The position numbers and the translations under genes were made by a program. Shown in pieces: positions 1 to 13,900 of a stretch of DNA of 64,000 nt. The notes beneath the pieces are model-generated. The model was given only the letters and a program-made list of their open reading frames with translations. It was not told the origin of the DNA and did no database searches. How positions within the stretch are numbered: the stretch's first letter is position 1; the number at the start of each line of letters is the position of its first letter. The DNA is from Cenococcum geophilum. Lineage: Eukaryota. The stretch lies in NCBI GenBank assembly GCA_050273025.1, contig CP158636.1, positions 6,944,001-7,008,000 of the forward strand, read 5' to 3'.

Positions 1-198
1 GAATATAGGCAAGTTGCTATTATATAAGGTAAGTTGCCGTTACGTAAGGCAAGTTGCCGTTACGTATTGCCGCGGCACTAGCGTAGTAAGGAGCCTTAAG
101 CTCCTTGCCCTTCCTTAAGTAGGAATAATAAAAAATTATTATTATTATCATACTATCTACGAACCGTAGTTACGTAATATTACCTTATGTAACCAACA
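1..198 (+). repeat. LTR of Copia family A (cut by window start; 3' or solo LTR) with internal tandem expansion of AAGGCAAGTTGCCGTTACGT
   Basis: Colinear with the LTR at 59008-59204 and with the reverse complement of 512-689 and 6334-6511; ends ...AACCAACA at 198 and abuts Gypsy integrase sequence. Confidence 0.9.
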
Positions 199-511
199 CT
201 ATCTTTATATTAAAATTGGTAATAGTTAAAGTACTTCTTACTTCTTTATATAAGAGGTCTTCTTATATACGCATATTCTGTATACTTAAACGTATTTCTG
301 TATATAGTTGTGCATTATAGGCTAGTAATATACTTATTAGATAATCTTATAGGTCTTTATATAGCTAGGATGCCCTACTATAGGGGAATTATATACAAAT
401 TCGAGTATTTTAAATTGTAATGGTTTAGAATTTAGGACTATTATCTTTTATTAATAGTATAACTAATTATTATAGATTTTGTATTTAGCGAGTGTAATAT
501 CCTTATATTAC

Positions 512-3500
512 TGTTGGTTATATAAGGTAATATTACATAGCTATGGTTTGTAGATAGTATAATAATTATTATTCTGTGTATCTTAATAAGGGATAGCAAG
601 GAGCTTAAGGCTCCTCGCTACACTAGTGCCGCGGCGATACGTGACGGCAATATGCCTTATATGGTGACTATTTGCCTTTATTCCCAACACTAGTAACTCT
701 TTTTTTATAGTTGCCATCTATATATATATACCGCTTAACTAGCGGAATAAAAATTAATCCTTTTTACTTACTATTGCCATTATAATATAAGTCTCGCTGT
801 TTTAAAATTTGCCTCTTAATACGTGGTGCTTTCTTGCTTATAAGTTATAGGTAGGTATCTTATTAGTAAGGCCGCTAAGGCGCTAGCGGTAAGCGAGCTA
901 ATAGCGATTTTTTATCCCAGGGATAGAAAATCCTAATTAGCTAGTTTAAGTTAGGGTCTATAGAATATTATACTCCCCCCTTTAAAAAAGTCTTAGTAAG
1001 AGAATCTAACTAATTAAATAACTTTAACCGCCGGTTAAAGTTTCTAGATATCTTAAGACCTTACGTAACTAAGAAATTTCTAAGGACTCCCTTTTAACCT
1101 AACCTTTAACTTGTATATATAGAGTATTTATATTAATAAACGTCTCTAGTGCCTTATTTAGGTTCGCCTTTATTATTATATTTATTAAGTTATCTTAGCC
1201 ATTAATCTATTAAATCTTAAAGAGTTTTTAACGCTTATAGGATTGCTAAAGTGCTATAATATTAATTATAAGGCGCTTTTCCTTTGTAGTATTAAGCTTA
1301 ACTAAACACTTATAAAGGGAATATAAGTTAGTATATACGATTATAGGGATAATAGGAAGTTTAAGTTAATCTATAATTATCTTTAGGGTAGTTCCAATTA
1401 TAATTACTATATTAACTTTGCTAACTATTCTATATATCTCTAACGCTAAAATACTTTAGGTAACGCGCTTACTCTTAGTTAAGCTCTAATAGATAAGATT
1501 GCTATAAATTATAAAGTTATTCTCTTTAGTAAATTTATTCGTAATAATAATTTTATATCCTAACTAAAAGTTAAAATCTTTATTATTTATAAACAATCCA
1601 TTAATAAATATAAAGAGCTTAGTGGTAAGAAGATTAATAGGCATATAGAGTAGTTCCCAATTAAGATGGTTTATTTGCTAGAAAAGATATTTATTTAGGG
1701 CAAGAATATTATCCTTAGTTAGTTCCTAGTGTTAGGTAATAATAGAGAGATTAAATAAAGCCTTAAGTTAATAGATAGAAGTAATATAAGCTCCGCAAGC
1801 GCGTTACTCCATATATCCTTACTTTAGGGAATTTACATTAATAACGTTAATCTTCTTACCTTAACCCTTCTAGCGTAAAGCAATAGAATCCTTATTTAGG
1901 GAGAGGATATATCTATTAAAAAGTAATAGTGTTATTAAATTAAGCTTTTCCTTTAGCTTTACTATAAGATTTGCCTTTACTAGCTTATTCTCTTTAAGAG
2001 CTAAAAATTGGTCGTTTCCTAAGATAATTATATTATTAGTTTATATACTAACAATTCTAAATAGGGTTTCTATGGTTATAATAAGGAAATAGGGATTAAA
2101 TATAAAAGTAGTTATTAAAAGCTTCTCTTTATAGTGCCTGCTATAGGTAGCCCACTAATAAGTTCCTACCTCTATAATTCTATACAATAGCTTAAGTATA
2201 ACTATAATCGTATCTTTAGGATACTAGTGGCGAATTTACTCTAGAAGGTATGCTAATATTAAGCGCTAAAGGTGCGTCTCTAATTGGGTATAAGCTTAAG
2301 TAATATCTCGTAAATAAACTACTATTCTATTCTTTATTAAGGAGGGAGCTAATATAATAATAACTCGCTAACTAGCTCGTTAAATCGTAGAAAATTATAT
2401 AAAAATTATCTCTTTACTATTATTGTTATAACCTTAGATAATAAGCCTTAATTTCTTAAATAGGGCGTTAGTAGCTTTGCCCTTAATCTTATTAACTATT
2501 CTTAACTTAAAGATGCGAACTTTATTAAACTTAGTAGGGTTATACTTCTTAAATTTAAAGACTCCTTTTATAATAAGACCGTTAATCTTCTACTTATTAG
2601 ATGCTTAAAAAGGAGCTCCTAGGGTTATAATATAACATTCCCTTTAGAGCTATTTTACGAGCTTAAAGTTAGCCTTCTCTTTAGCTATTATAAAGGCTAT
2701 TAATAACTTAACTTTATTCTTAATAGCGGCAACAAATTATTCTTTAAAATTAATAAGATATTGGCGATTTTATAATCCCTTCGGGCGACCTCTACCGCGT
2801 TATAGTTATGGCGTATCTACTATAATTATATTAGGATTATAGTCGCCTTCTAGAGTATATTAATTGTGGTTCTCTTCTAGGGTATCTTCTAGGTCATCCT
2901 ATAAAGGCTTAGAATTATTATCTTTATAGTAAGGCTTAATAATAGTTAAATAGAATTAAGTGGGTTTATAAGGTATCTAAATAGTATAAGTTTAACTATT
3001 AATTATAATAAGTTAATATAGGCCTAACCATCCTTCCTTTTTATGCTATATGCGTACCTTAGACTAGAGTGGCAGATTAATTATAGTTAAGGTATTTAGG
3101 TTATTTCTTATTCCTAGTATATTATTAACCTAGCGTATAGTATAGAGGCGTTGCACCTCCTTTATTGCCTTATAAATTGCCTTAACTTATTATATAATAA
3201 AGGGAAATAGTAAAGAATTATTAGTTATTTATAGATAGGCGCTAAAGACTAGTAATATAGGTACGAGTCTATCCGGGCCAGCGGAATTATTAATAGCTTT
3301 AATAGCTATTTATAAGGTAAGTTTTTCGCTAGCGTCCTTTAGTTCTAAAAAGATAATCTTATATACGCGATATAATGGCGCGTAATATTGCTTTACTTTT
3401 TTAATACTATTATATGCCTTAATAGGGACTTCCTTAACCTTAATTACCATTGCCTTTATTTATTATTAGAACTCTATAGATAAGAAGTTCTTTCCTATAT

Positions 3501-6500
3501 TATAAACGATTTAATTAGGGAGTCCTAGGTAGATATTAATCTAGTATAACTAAAGGGTATCCTATACGTTCCTAGCTAATATATCCTTTAAAAATCGTGC
3601 GGCTTAGAAGGAGGTTAAGAAGTTAATAACTTAGAGTACTGGCTTGCCGCTAAGATATATAACGTTAACGATAATATAGAAGTTAAAGTTATAGTTATCT
3701 TTAAGGGTAAACTTAAATCGGCTAGGGGACCTCTAGTTTATTTAGTAGTAGTAGTAGTATTTTATAAGATGCTTAATTGCCTTAACCTTAACTTTATGGC
3801 CTACTCGCTAAAGAACCCTAAGTAATTAGTAAACTAATAGGTAACTAAAACAATAGTGTAGTTGGCGTAACTCTAACTTAGTTAAATAGCTCTAAGCAAT
3901 ACTCTTTTCTAGTTATTAAAGGAGTAGCTAAAGGTGACCCTACTTATATATAATAGGCACCCGATTATCTCCCTATATAAGTATATTCTTAAGGTTATTA
4001 AGCTTAATATCTAGTTTATTTATATCTCTAATATAAAATAGAAATAGGGTGTTTATAGGAATAACGTAAAAAGTAATATACCTTAAGGGGGTTTAAACCC
4101 AAATTATGCTAAGAGAGATTATAGTACCCTTACTAAAACGAATTGTGTATTAGCCTACCGTTAAATAGTTAATTTAAATAGAGCTATTAAGCTGCTAAAG
4201 GGCTCGAACTTAAGATTCTCCTACTATAGATACTCCTACGGCTCTAGTATTCGGCATAATACTATAGAAGATATTTGCTAAGTATCTATTATTAAAGAAA
4301 AACGCGGAGCTCTCCTTTAGCTTATTAAAGATATTTAACTTTATAATAGAATAGAGCGTAAATTAGTTATTAAGAACAGCGACGGTTTATATACTATTTA
4401 CCTTACTATACTTAGTAAAGTATTAGTTAGGTAAGTAGTCCTCAATTTTTATATCTATAAGGAGCTATTCGGTCTTATTAACCTTACCCTTAAGATCTTT
4501 TACGCCTTTATATTAAACTAGGAAGCTTTAAAAGTAGGCTATAGTAACCTTATAATTTCTAACATTTTTTATACTCTAACGGAACTTATTATATACCTCC
4601 TTTTACTTATTAAGGGAGTATCTAGTTAACTAGTAATTTAGCTTCTTATAAACGTAGCACTTCTTTTAGTAATTACTTTAAAGTAAACCTCTATAATTAC
4701 CTTATAGTTAATATTAATTATACCCTCTTCCGTATTCCCTACCACGGCCACTATATATTTAATTAATTTAGTTGTAATTATATTAGTTAGGAATACTTAG
4801 TTAGGTAGAGTTTTTAGTATAGAACTATTAAGATTCTTATATTTATATCGCAGTACCTATAGCGGAGCGTAGCTTAGTATATACTCCTTTAAACGTATTT
4901 ATAGGTTTATATAGCGCTAAGTTATACTTAGGAACGCTACGGCATGCTAAGATAACCTAGTCCCTTAGGCTATTCTTATTTTAGTAAGTTTCGGTAAGGC
5001 TATATTAGATTTTCTAGAGTTTATTAAAGAGTAGTTAAAGGCACTCTAAATAAGTCTTTATTAGGTTAGAAGCGATAACTCTTTAGAATATAGTCTTTTG
5101 CTATTCGGATATATAAAGCTAGCAATTCTTATTAGTTTTAAAGTGGGCTCTAGTAAGCTAAAGCATTATATTAAAGCTATAGTTTTTACTTATAATATAG
5201 TTGTAGTAGAATATTACTACCCGTCCCTTTAATATAATGGAGAAAGCGTAGTAGTACTAGTGGCGTTAAATTTTAACCTTATTATAACAGTTATAAAAGA
5301 CCTATAGTTTTGCTCTAAGCATATTATATAGTTCTCCTCTAAACTTTTTCTCTTCGTCTAAATATACCTTTATTAGATTTGTGACTTCTTATAGTAAAGG
5401 CTTACTAGTTAGCTAGGATGGAGGGGGTAGAGATAGCAGAGGGGGTAGTAGAAGAGCACCTTTAGGTAAGAGAGTACCTCCTAATGGGAGAGTATCTCTA
5501 GGTGGGGGATTAGTGTTCTAGGGGTTTTAATACGAATTAAAGTTACCTTCTAAAGAATATGGGTTGGTTTTAGGTTTCCGTAGTTAATATATAATCTTAG
5601 TTTTTATCTATACTGGTTCTTTTATACTAATAATAACGGCCTAAATATTACTAGCAATTAGGTTACCGTTCTTAGTAATATATACCCTATTCCTATAGAG
5701 GAAGTCTTAAAAATCCTAAATAATATTAACGTTGCTAAGTGCCTAGGTATTAGCAGTCTATCCTATAAAATCCTCCCTAAAATACTCCTATAGTTGTAAA
5801 TCGGCGTAGTATTTATTTTAGTAGCATATAATATAGTATAGGAGAAAGCCGTTAACTTGTTTTACGGTATAAGTTATTATATTAAAGGCGAATTCGTCCT
5901 AATCTTTATTAATAAGTTTCGCGTACTTAGCTACCCCTAATAATAAGGAGTCTTTCTAGTTATTTGGCGTAGCCATACTTTTAGAGAAAGGGAAGTATTA
6001 TTAGTATAGGGATTGTTATTTAGTACGCGTTTATAATATATATTTGCGATTATAGGGCTTAAAACTAGTTCTAGCCTTAAATCGCGAAGACTTATAAAGC
6101 GTGTTATTCTGCGTAATAGACGCAAGAATCCGTAATCTTGGAAAGGCTTAGGACCAGTTCTAGCCTTTAGATCCCTTAGATTTGTAGAAGAGTTCTATTT
6201 AAGGTTTAGGACCAGTTCTAACCTTAAAAGACAGCTCCCTTTAGCATGAGTAGCACTAGTATAGTGGCTTGTCTCTTTTTGGTGGAATACCTAGCTACTC
6301 TATAGTATAACAGTAAAGTTAACTACTAATTAGTGTTGGTTACATAAGGTGATATTACGTAGCTACGGTTTGTAGATAGTATGATGATTGTTATTCTATA
6401 TATCTTAATAAGGGATGGCAAGGAGCTTAAGGCTCCTCGCTACGCTAGTGCTGCGGCGATATATAACGGCAATATGCCTTATATGGTGACCATTTGCCTT

Positions 6501-6511
6501 TATTCCCAACA
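512..6511 (-). mobile_element. Full-length Copia (GalEa-like) element A1, 6.0 kb
   Basis: 178-bp LTRs at 512-689 and 6334-6511 (TGTTGG...CCAACA); 5-bp TSD ATTAC/ATTAT with one C>T change; internal region is the reverse complement of A2 (59008-64000). Confidence 0.95.
1020..5950 (-). pseudogene. gag-pol of Copia A1 (gag, PR, IN, RT, RH); ends approximate
   Basis: Copia domain order; colinear with the less mutated A2 copy; many RIP stop codons. Confidence 0.85.
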
Positions 6512-8099
6512 ATTATTGTTTTCCTATTTAAATTGCTTTTATTATATCTGCTATCTAGGGGTCGTTCTTATATTTATGCTCTATTAATTTATTAATTTCT
6601 ATATCCCACTTATTAATTTCTAATTTATTCCTATTAAGCTTTATATCTAAAAATATAGGGTATAGTTTCTTAAAGCGTTTAGGGGGTAGTAGAATTTGTA
6701 ATTAATTTATAATCTGTTTATTAGAGGCGTTTATAGGTAAGTCCTATAATTATTATATTAATAAGTCCGGCTTCTAATTAAGTTTGCTAGGTTGGTATAT
6801 AATCTTAAAGTTAAATTATAAAAGGTATTTGGTCTAACGAATTTAGTATTATATTAGTTACTTTATAGTTATAAAGTACTATAGGTTTTTATAGTCCGTT
6901 AATACACGTATTGGGAATAATAATCCTTTAAGTTCTAGACGCTATTGTTTAAAGTATTTAATAATTATAAGTAGTTCCTTATTATATATCTTATAGTTTA
7001 ATTTAATAGGGGTAAGTTTCTAAAAGAGAAAGGCTACTGGGCGCAGCTCGCCGTTCTTATTATATTGCGATAATACCCCTCCTAGTATATAATTAGATGA
7101 GTCTATTTTAACGATATATTTAAGGTTTTAATTAAAGTGGGTAAGAATTAGAGTAGTTATAAAATAATATTTTAGGTTATTAAAAGTTTATTCGCATTTA
7201 GTAGTCTATTTAAATTTTATATTTTTTCTTATTAAGTTTACTAATAGCTAGATAATTTTTAAGAAGTAATTAATAAATTAATGGTAGAAATTTGCGAATC
7301 CTAGAAATCCTTAAATGTCTTATATACTATTAAGACTTTCCTAGTTTATAATTATAGCGATTTTCTTAAGGTCTATTTTAATTCCGTTACGGGATATAAT
7401 TAGGCCTAAGTATATAACTTTGGACGCATGGAACTTATATTTCTTAATGTTATATTATAAGCCCGCGTCTTGTAGGTGTTTAAGGACCATTTAGATATGC
7501 TTCTAATACTTAAAAAGTAAAGACAAATAAATTAAGATATTATTAATATACGCGGTAATAAATATATTAAGGAATTTACGAAGTGTATTATTAATATATT
7601 ACTAAAACGTACTAGGACCGTTTTTTATACTAAACGGTATTACTAGGTATTTAAAAAGTCCCTATTATATATAGAAAGCCGTATACTTTTTATCTCCTTT
7701 ATATATACGGATTTAATTAAAGGTAGTAACTACGTTAAGCTTTATAAAGTATTATACTTTTACTAAGCAGTTAAGCGTTTCTTAGAGCAGAGGAATTAAA
7801 TATTAGTTTTAAATTATAATTGCGTTTAGGGCTTAATAATTAATATAGAATCTTAAGCCTCCTTTAGGTTTCTTAATAAATAGTATAAATAAGTGTCGGA
7901 ACATTATTTACGTGACGTAGTCACGGGACTACGAAGCGAGACTAACTGTCTGACCTTGGAGCAACCCCTTTCTTCTAGACAACAATTAACTACTAACTTC
8001 AACACCGCATACATACCACTATAAGTGATATTCGTGTACGTTAATAAAGCGAGTATACCGACACTAATTAGTAGACGTATAGATTAGGAAATACGTAAT

Positions 8100-8410
8100 A
8101 GCAAAGCTCGAAACCACGCATTGGCTTAACTGCTAACGCGTTAGATCGCAGAGCTATCGCCCTATTTTAGTTAAAGGAGAAAACTATATTACCCTTAAAG
8201 CTCAAAACCACGTATTAGCTTAACTGCTAACGCGTTAGATCGCCTAGAGAACCGTATCTTTACTTAGAGAGAGCTATATTATCCTTAAAGCTTAAAACTA
8301 TATATTAGCTTGCTGATACGTTAGATCGCCTAGAGGACCCTTAAAGCTTAAAACCATGTATTAACTTAACTATTGACGCGTTAGATCGCCTAGAGGACTA
8401 TATCTTTACT
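8100..8410 (+). repeat. Degenerate tandem repeats in the 5' UTR of Copia B
   Basis: About four copies of AAAGCTC(G/A)AAACCACG...ACGCGTTAGATCGC. Confidence 0.8.
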
Positions 8411-8529
8411 AAGAATCGTCTATAGTGTCCAAGAACTATAGATTCGTTAATAGGACACATATACACCTTTATACCCTTACCTTAAACCCAACGACTACCC
8501 TTACACCTACCCTTATATACTAAGACACG

Positions 8530-11500
8530 ACAGTATAGAAATTAACTGGAAGGAAAGAATTACTAAATACGGCTACGGAATCGACTTAGAAACGGCTATA
8601 GATGACGACCTAATGGAGTATATAGAGATCAAGATGCACCTATATATACAATTCAACCTTATAGACTTTACATTATAGATAGTGTTTTAGGAAGACTTTA
8701 AGAACTTTACGCCGGAGACCTTTAAATGAGTATAATCTAATACTAGAATGGGAATCCGTTAATACCTAGTTAAGAGAGGAGTATATATTGTTAAGTAAGA
8801 TAAGAGATACTTCCTTAGTAAGGTGCTGATGGACGTTACTAATAAAGAAGAGTTTTATAAATAGACGGATAAGGAGCTTATCGCGGCCCTTATAGAGGTA
8901 AAGCCAATAATTATAACAACTCTGTAAGACCGACTTAATTTGACCTTAGACAAGCTTACTATACCTCTAGCCCTACTACTACCACTAGCTACTCCACCAA
9001 CTCCACTAGCTATTCCAGCTGCTGTACCACTAGCTACTCCAGTTATAGCACCGCCAGCTACTCTAATTGCTACCCCCGCTACCCCCGCTACCCCCGCTAC
9101 CCCCGCTACCCCCGCTACCCCCGCTACCCCTTCCGGTCCTTAATCCTCCAATTACAACTAAATCCACGCTCTTATTAACTAACTGCTATGGCTAAGAGAG
9201 TAGTAACTATAGCAGCTACAGCAACCGCAGCAGCTATATATATATATACTACCTAAACTAGCCGTGCCTAGTATAGAGTAAGGACCTAGATATAGCAAGG
9301 AGGTGGCCATAATTGCGAAGATCTATATAGACGACCAAAAGTACGATGGAGTTAATGACAGCTTTAACTTTAAGCTAACTATCTTCTATAATATCTGTAA
9401 GAGATCTAGCTTACTACTAGAAGGCTACGTAGTAGCATTCCCTAGCATGCTAAAAGGGCTTGCTTAGGACCACTACTATAACAGTAACTTTAAGTTAAGA
9501 CCTTTTACGGAAGCCTACAACTATATATAACAATTCTTTAAAGGGCTAGAATACTACCGCAAGAACCTTATAGAGTGGAATAGTATAACCCTCTAAGGAG
9601 TTATAGACGAGAACCCTAATAGGTTAATCTATTAGAACTTCTAACTACTTATAGATAAGCTGCTAAAGTAACGTTATAGACTATACCTAGACTTCCGTAC
9701 GAACTGCATTCTTATAAATAAGCTAGTTACTACTTACTAGGGAGTACCAGCATGCCGTATTACTGTCTCCAACCCTTTAGAAGACCTCTCTTAATTAATT
9801 AGTAAGCTATAATCCTCCATTGTTGCGTAGGAAAAAGAATACCCCCTATAGGCCTTAATAAGATCGTCTTACTAAGCCTTTTTTACGGATTAACGTTACT
9901 ACCAAAATGACTAGAATTAAGACCAAAACACTAATCGCTATGGCAGTAATCGCCCCTATAGAACTAACAGCAGACTAAAGGCCAAGTGCTACGTCTGTAA
10001 GAGGGAGGACTACCGTTCGTGGAAATATATAGAGGAGAAGCGTAATCGGTCCAGAGACGACTATAAGAGACGTTTTATTAATATTAAGGGCCGCAATAAG
10101 GGCAACTTTAATAACCACTTTAAATAATACGTTGCCGCCTGTAAAAGAGATAAAGAGGATAACTTAGACTTTAAAGCCTATATATACGACGCTAATGACT
10201 CTAAAAGCAATGCCGGAGAACTTAACAATAGTTCTACCTATATTACTACCTTTGGAACGCTTACTATAGAGAAAGTAACCTCTATAAGCGTAGAGCTAGC
10301 TAATAAGGCTTGTACGTACCTACTTATAGCTTTAATACTCACTATAAAGTCTACTATGGAGCCTTATACGGAGACCGACCCATTTACCTATAGTACGGCT
10401 ACAGCCACAGCGTCACGGTATACCTTAACGGTCTTTATAGGAATTATAATTAATACGGGTGCTTTACGTAAGTCTATAGCTAGCTACGGTTAATTTTAAG
10501 CTCTATAAACCGTAGATAAGTCCATAAGTCTTAACACGTTAATTAAGGGTTAAGTAACTATCTAATTTAGGATCGGAGCCTCTACGTTTATTGGAACTAT
10601 AGACGTTAACAGCCCCGTAGGTAAGGTATAATTCCATATTATTAAAGCAGATACTCCCTTTCTACTTTGCTTAGTAGATATAGATAGACTCTATATTAAA
10701 TACGATAACCTAAAGAACGTCATTATCACTCGCACCAAAAAGGTGCTAGTAGTTAGACGATTTGGCCACCCATTTCTCTTATAGAGCTTTTCCTTACAGT
10801 CCTATCTCGTTAAGTCTTTTAATATAAACCCTTGCTATTTAACCGACGTAGAACTATAACGCCTATACCATTAATTTAGTTACCTATTAGTTAATAGACT
10901 ATAAAAGCTTCTTAACAAGACTAGCTACGGCTATAACACTGATAGATCTACTATTAAAGAGCTAACTAGACTCTACCACTATTGCCAGAAATTTAGTAGA
11001 TCTTTAGGTAGATTTCGCTTTACCTTACAAAACGACGTTAATTTTAATTATAATATTATTATTAACATTATGTATATTAACGGCTCCCCCCTACTATACA
11101 TAGTTAACGAAGTAACTTAATTTTAAGCTGGTAGATGGCTATAAGATATTAGCGCCAAGCACACTTAGGACGTTTTACGAATGTGCTAAATTAATAGCTA
11201 TTTAGGACTACCAGACTTAATTACTATAGATACTAGGAAGAACTTTATTAGTAAGGAGTTTAAACACTACGCTGCTACTATAGGAGTAACCATAAAGTTA
11301 GTTCCGGTCAAATTACACAATTCCATTAGAATGGTAGAACGCTACTATGGTCCGCTACGACAAGCCTACCAAATTATTACAACTGAAATCCCTAAAATTA
11401 GTAAGGAGATAGCCCTACAAATGGCCTTCAAAGCTATTAATGACACGGCTGGCCTAGAAGGCCTAGTTCCTACACTTCTAGTCTTTAGAGCCTACCCCCG

Positions 11501-13688
11501 AATGGTTAAATTAGACGCGCTATTACCTTTAGTTATATAGCGAGCTGCGGCTATTAAAAAAGCAATGGTAGAAATCTAGAAGTTATAAGCTGAACAACAG
11601 ATCGCTGACGCTCTTAATATGCGAAATAGACCATAAATTAACGCTATTCACGGCCTCCTACCTAGTTCGCCTGTCTTAGTCTAGAGAGAAGGCAATACTA
11701 GCCAAAGTGGTTATTAGGACGGACTATATATACTACTTGCCGTTAACGGCGAGACCTGCACTATAAAGCTACTAAATAGGCCTACGACCTTCCGCTCTAC
11801 GGTTATAAAACCTTATCTACTAAACCTATAAGACCTAGTTAAACTATAAGAGTCTACTAAATTAGATAAACTAGTACCTTTACCAGCCGAACCTTAATTA
11901 TTACCTGAGGCTGAACCACAGCTACCGCTAAAGCGAGGTAGAGGTCGTCTCCATAAATACCTATTACTTACAGCCGTCGCAGACACAACTGTTACGGATG
12001 CTACGATAGATATAGACGCTTTTACGGGTGATATTGTGGATATTGCGGATATTGTAGATATCGCTATCTACTTACAGGACGATAATACCGCAGATATGGC
12101 TGGCACTACTATTTACTTATAGAACGATAGTAACACCTAATTCAGCGCTTTACGATAAAAGGAGGTTATAGGCCTACTTAAGAAAGGCGTCTTTAAGATT
12201 ATTAAACTATACGATATACCAAAGGGGGTTAGACTCTTTAATTTACGGTTTGTTAATAAGATTAAGAATAAGGGAACCAATAAAGCCTTTAAGAAATTAC
12301 GACTTATTATATAGGCCTATAATGACTTAGAGAAAGAGCTAGTCCTTACTTAGTTACTAACAATTTAACGAGTTAGCCAGCGGCTAATTCTCTATATCGC
12401 TGCTATGCTACTATAGACACAACTTTACCTCCGAGATATCTTATAAGCCTATATCTAGTCTACTACGAACCTAAACCGTAAGTTCTATATATAACTACTA
12501 TATAAGCTAAATAAACAATTGGGAATTAATACGGACTTTATTCTAAAGGTTATAAAGCTACTTTACGGAGTACCTAAAGCTGGAAACCACTAGTTTAAGA
12601 CCTACTATTTATACTACGTTAATTAGCTGCGAATGGACCAGTCCACGTACGACCCTTGCTTGCTCTATAGCGACAAGCCTTTTAGAATTATTGGCCTACA
12701 GACTAACGATATACTGTTCCTTGCAGATAATACCTTTATAGAGGCTAAATAAAGCAAACTATATAAGGCCAAATTTATAGCTAAGGAGTAAGAGTAATTA
12801 ACCGCTAATATATTAATTAAGTTTAATGGAGGACTTATTTAATTAATATAAGACGGGAGTATTACGCTAAAGCAAAAGCGCCAGTGTAAGAACCTTAGTG
12901 TGGTTAATACTATGCTAGTAGATAGCACTAGCTCCAGAGGAGTTACGCGTGGCCTATTTACGCTAAAGAACTAATATATCGCTTAACGCGCTAGAGGAGC
13001 CTATATTGCCTTAGTCTATTAGCTAGAGGCCTTATTTAACCTATCTTTTACTACCTAGGTAATTAATCTAGTTAAAGACAATATAAAGAGTCTTAATAAG
13101 TAATTAAGCTGGTAAATTGAGAACGTAAATAGAGGCCTGAAGTTTGTTAAGCTAGACGTTAATACCTTATAACTCCTAGTATTTACGGACGCTTCCTTCG
13201 CCAATAATAAGGACTTATCTTCGCAAATTAGCTATATACTTATACTAGCAGACGCCTTAAATAAGGCAAATATTGTTTATTAGTCCTTAATTAAGTGCAA
13301 AAGAGTTACTAGGAGTATATTAGCCTTAGAGTTATACGGCATAGCGCATGGTTTTAATATAGGCGCTATAATTAAATCCACGCTAGATAAGGTCTTATAG
13401 GTTAACTTTCCACTCATTCTCTGTACTAATTTAAAGTTTTTATACGACTGTCTTATCTAACTAGAAACTACGCAAGAGAAACGCTTAATAATTAATATAA
13501 TGTGCCTTCGCTAAGCTTATAAATAAAGATAGATTACTAAAGTTAAGTAAATTAATGGAGATACTAACCCTACGGACGCTATAATAAAGGGTAAGCCCTA
13601 TACGGCACTATTACAGCTTATTAATATAAATTAAGTTAAATTATGGGCTATAGGGTGGGTTAAGCGAACGGATTTAACTTTAGTTTAG
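8530..13688 (+). pseudogene. gag-pol of Copia B; start approximate
   Basis: De-RIP motifs: zinc knuckle CYVCKREDHRSW, protease IDTGA, integrase VERYYGPLR (ORF 11331-11540), RT KPLYGVPEAGNHW and GLQTDD, RNase H FTDASFANN...SVLASELY. Confidence 0.88.
9069..9130 (+). repeat. 9-bp minisatellite (GCTACCCCC)x~7 coding ATP repeats in gag
   Basis: Directly visible; translates as the PATPAT run in ORF 8940-9143. Confidence 0.95.
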
Positions 13689-13771
13689 CGTTGGCGCTAG
13701 TACTAAGCGAGCTAATAGCAATTTTCTATCCCGGGGATGGAAAATCCTAATTAGTCGGTAGAAGTTAGGTT

Positions 13772-13900
13772 TGGCAGAATTTGGCAGAATTTGGTAATAT
13801 GGCAGAATTTGGCAGAATTCGGTATTATGGTAGAATTTGGCAGAATTTGGTAATATGGCAGAATTTGGCAGAATTTGGTAATATGGTAGAATTTGGCAGA
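13772..13900 (+). repeat. GGCAGAATTT / GGTAATAT tandem array in the 3' UTR of Copia B
   Basis: Directly visible short-unit tandem array. Confidence 0.9.

Noticed and set aside
5937..6587. Short ORFs at 5937-6125 and 6381-6587 (also 18381-18680, 59411-59632, 62780-63067, 63398-63661)
   Set aside because: They lie in LTR/UTR sequence or antisense to TE genes; chance frames.
13693..13754. Hammerhead or pistol ribozyme reading of the Copia 3' module
   Set aside because: No properly placed CUGANGA/GAAA core or pistol pseudoknot, and orientation varies between elements.
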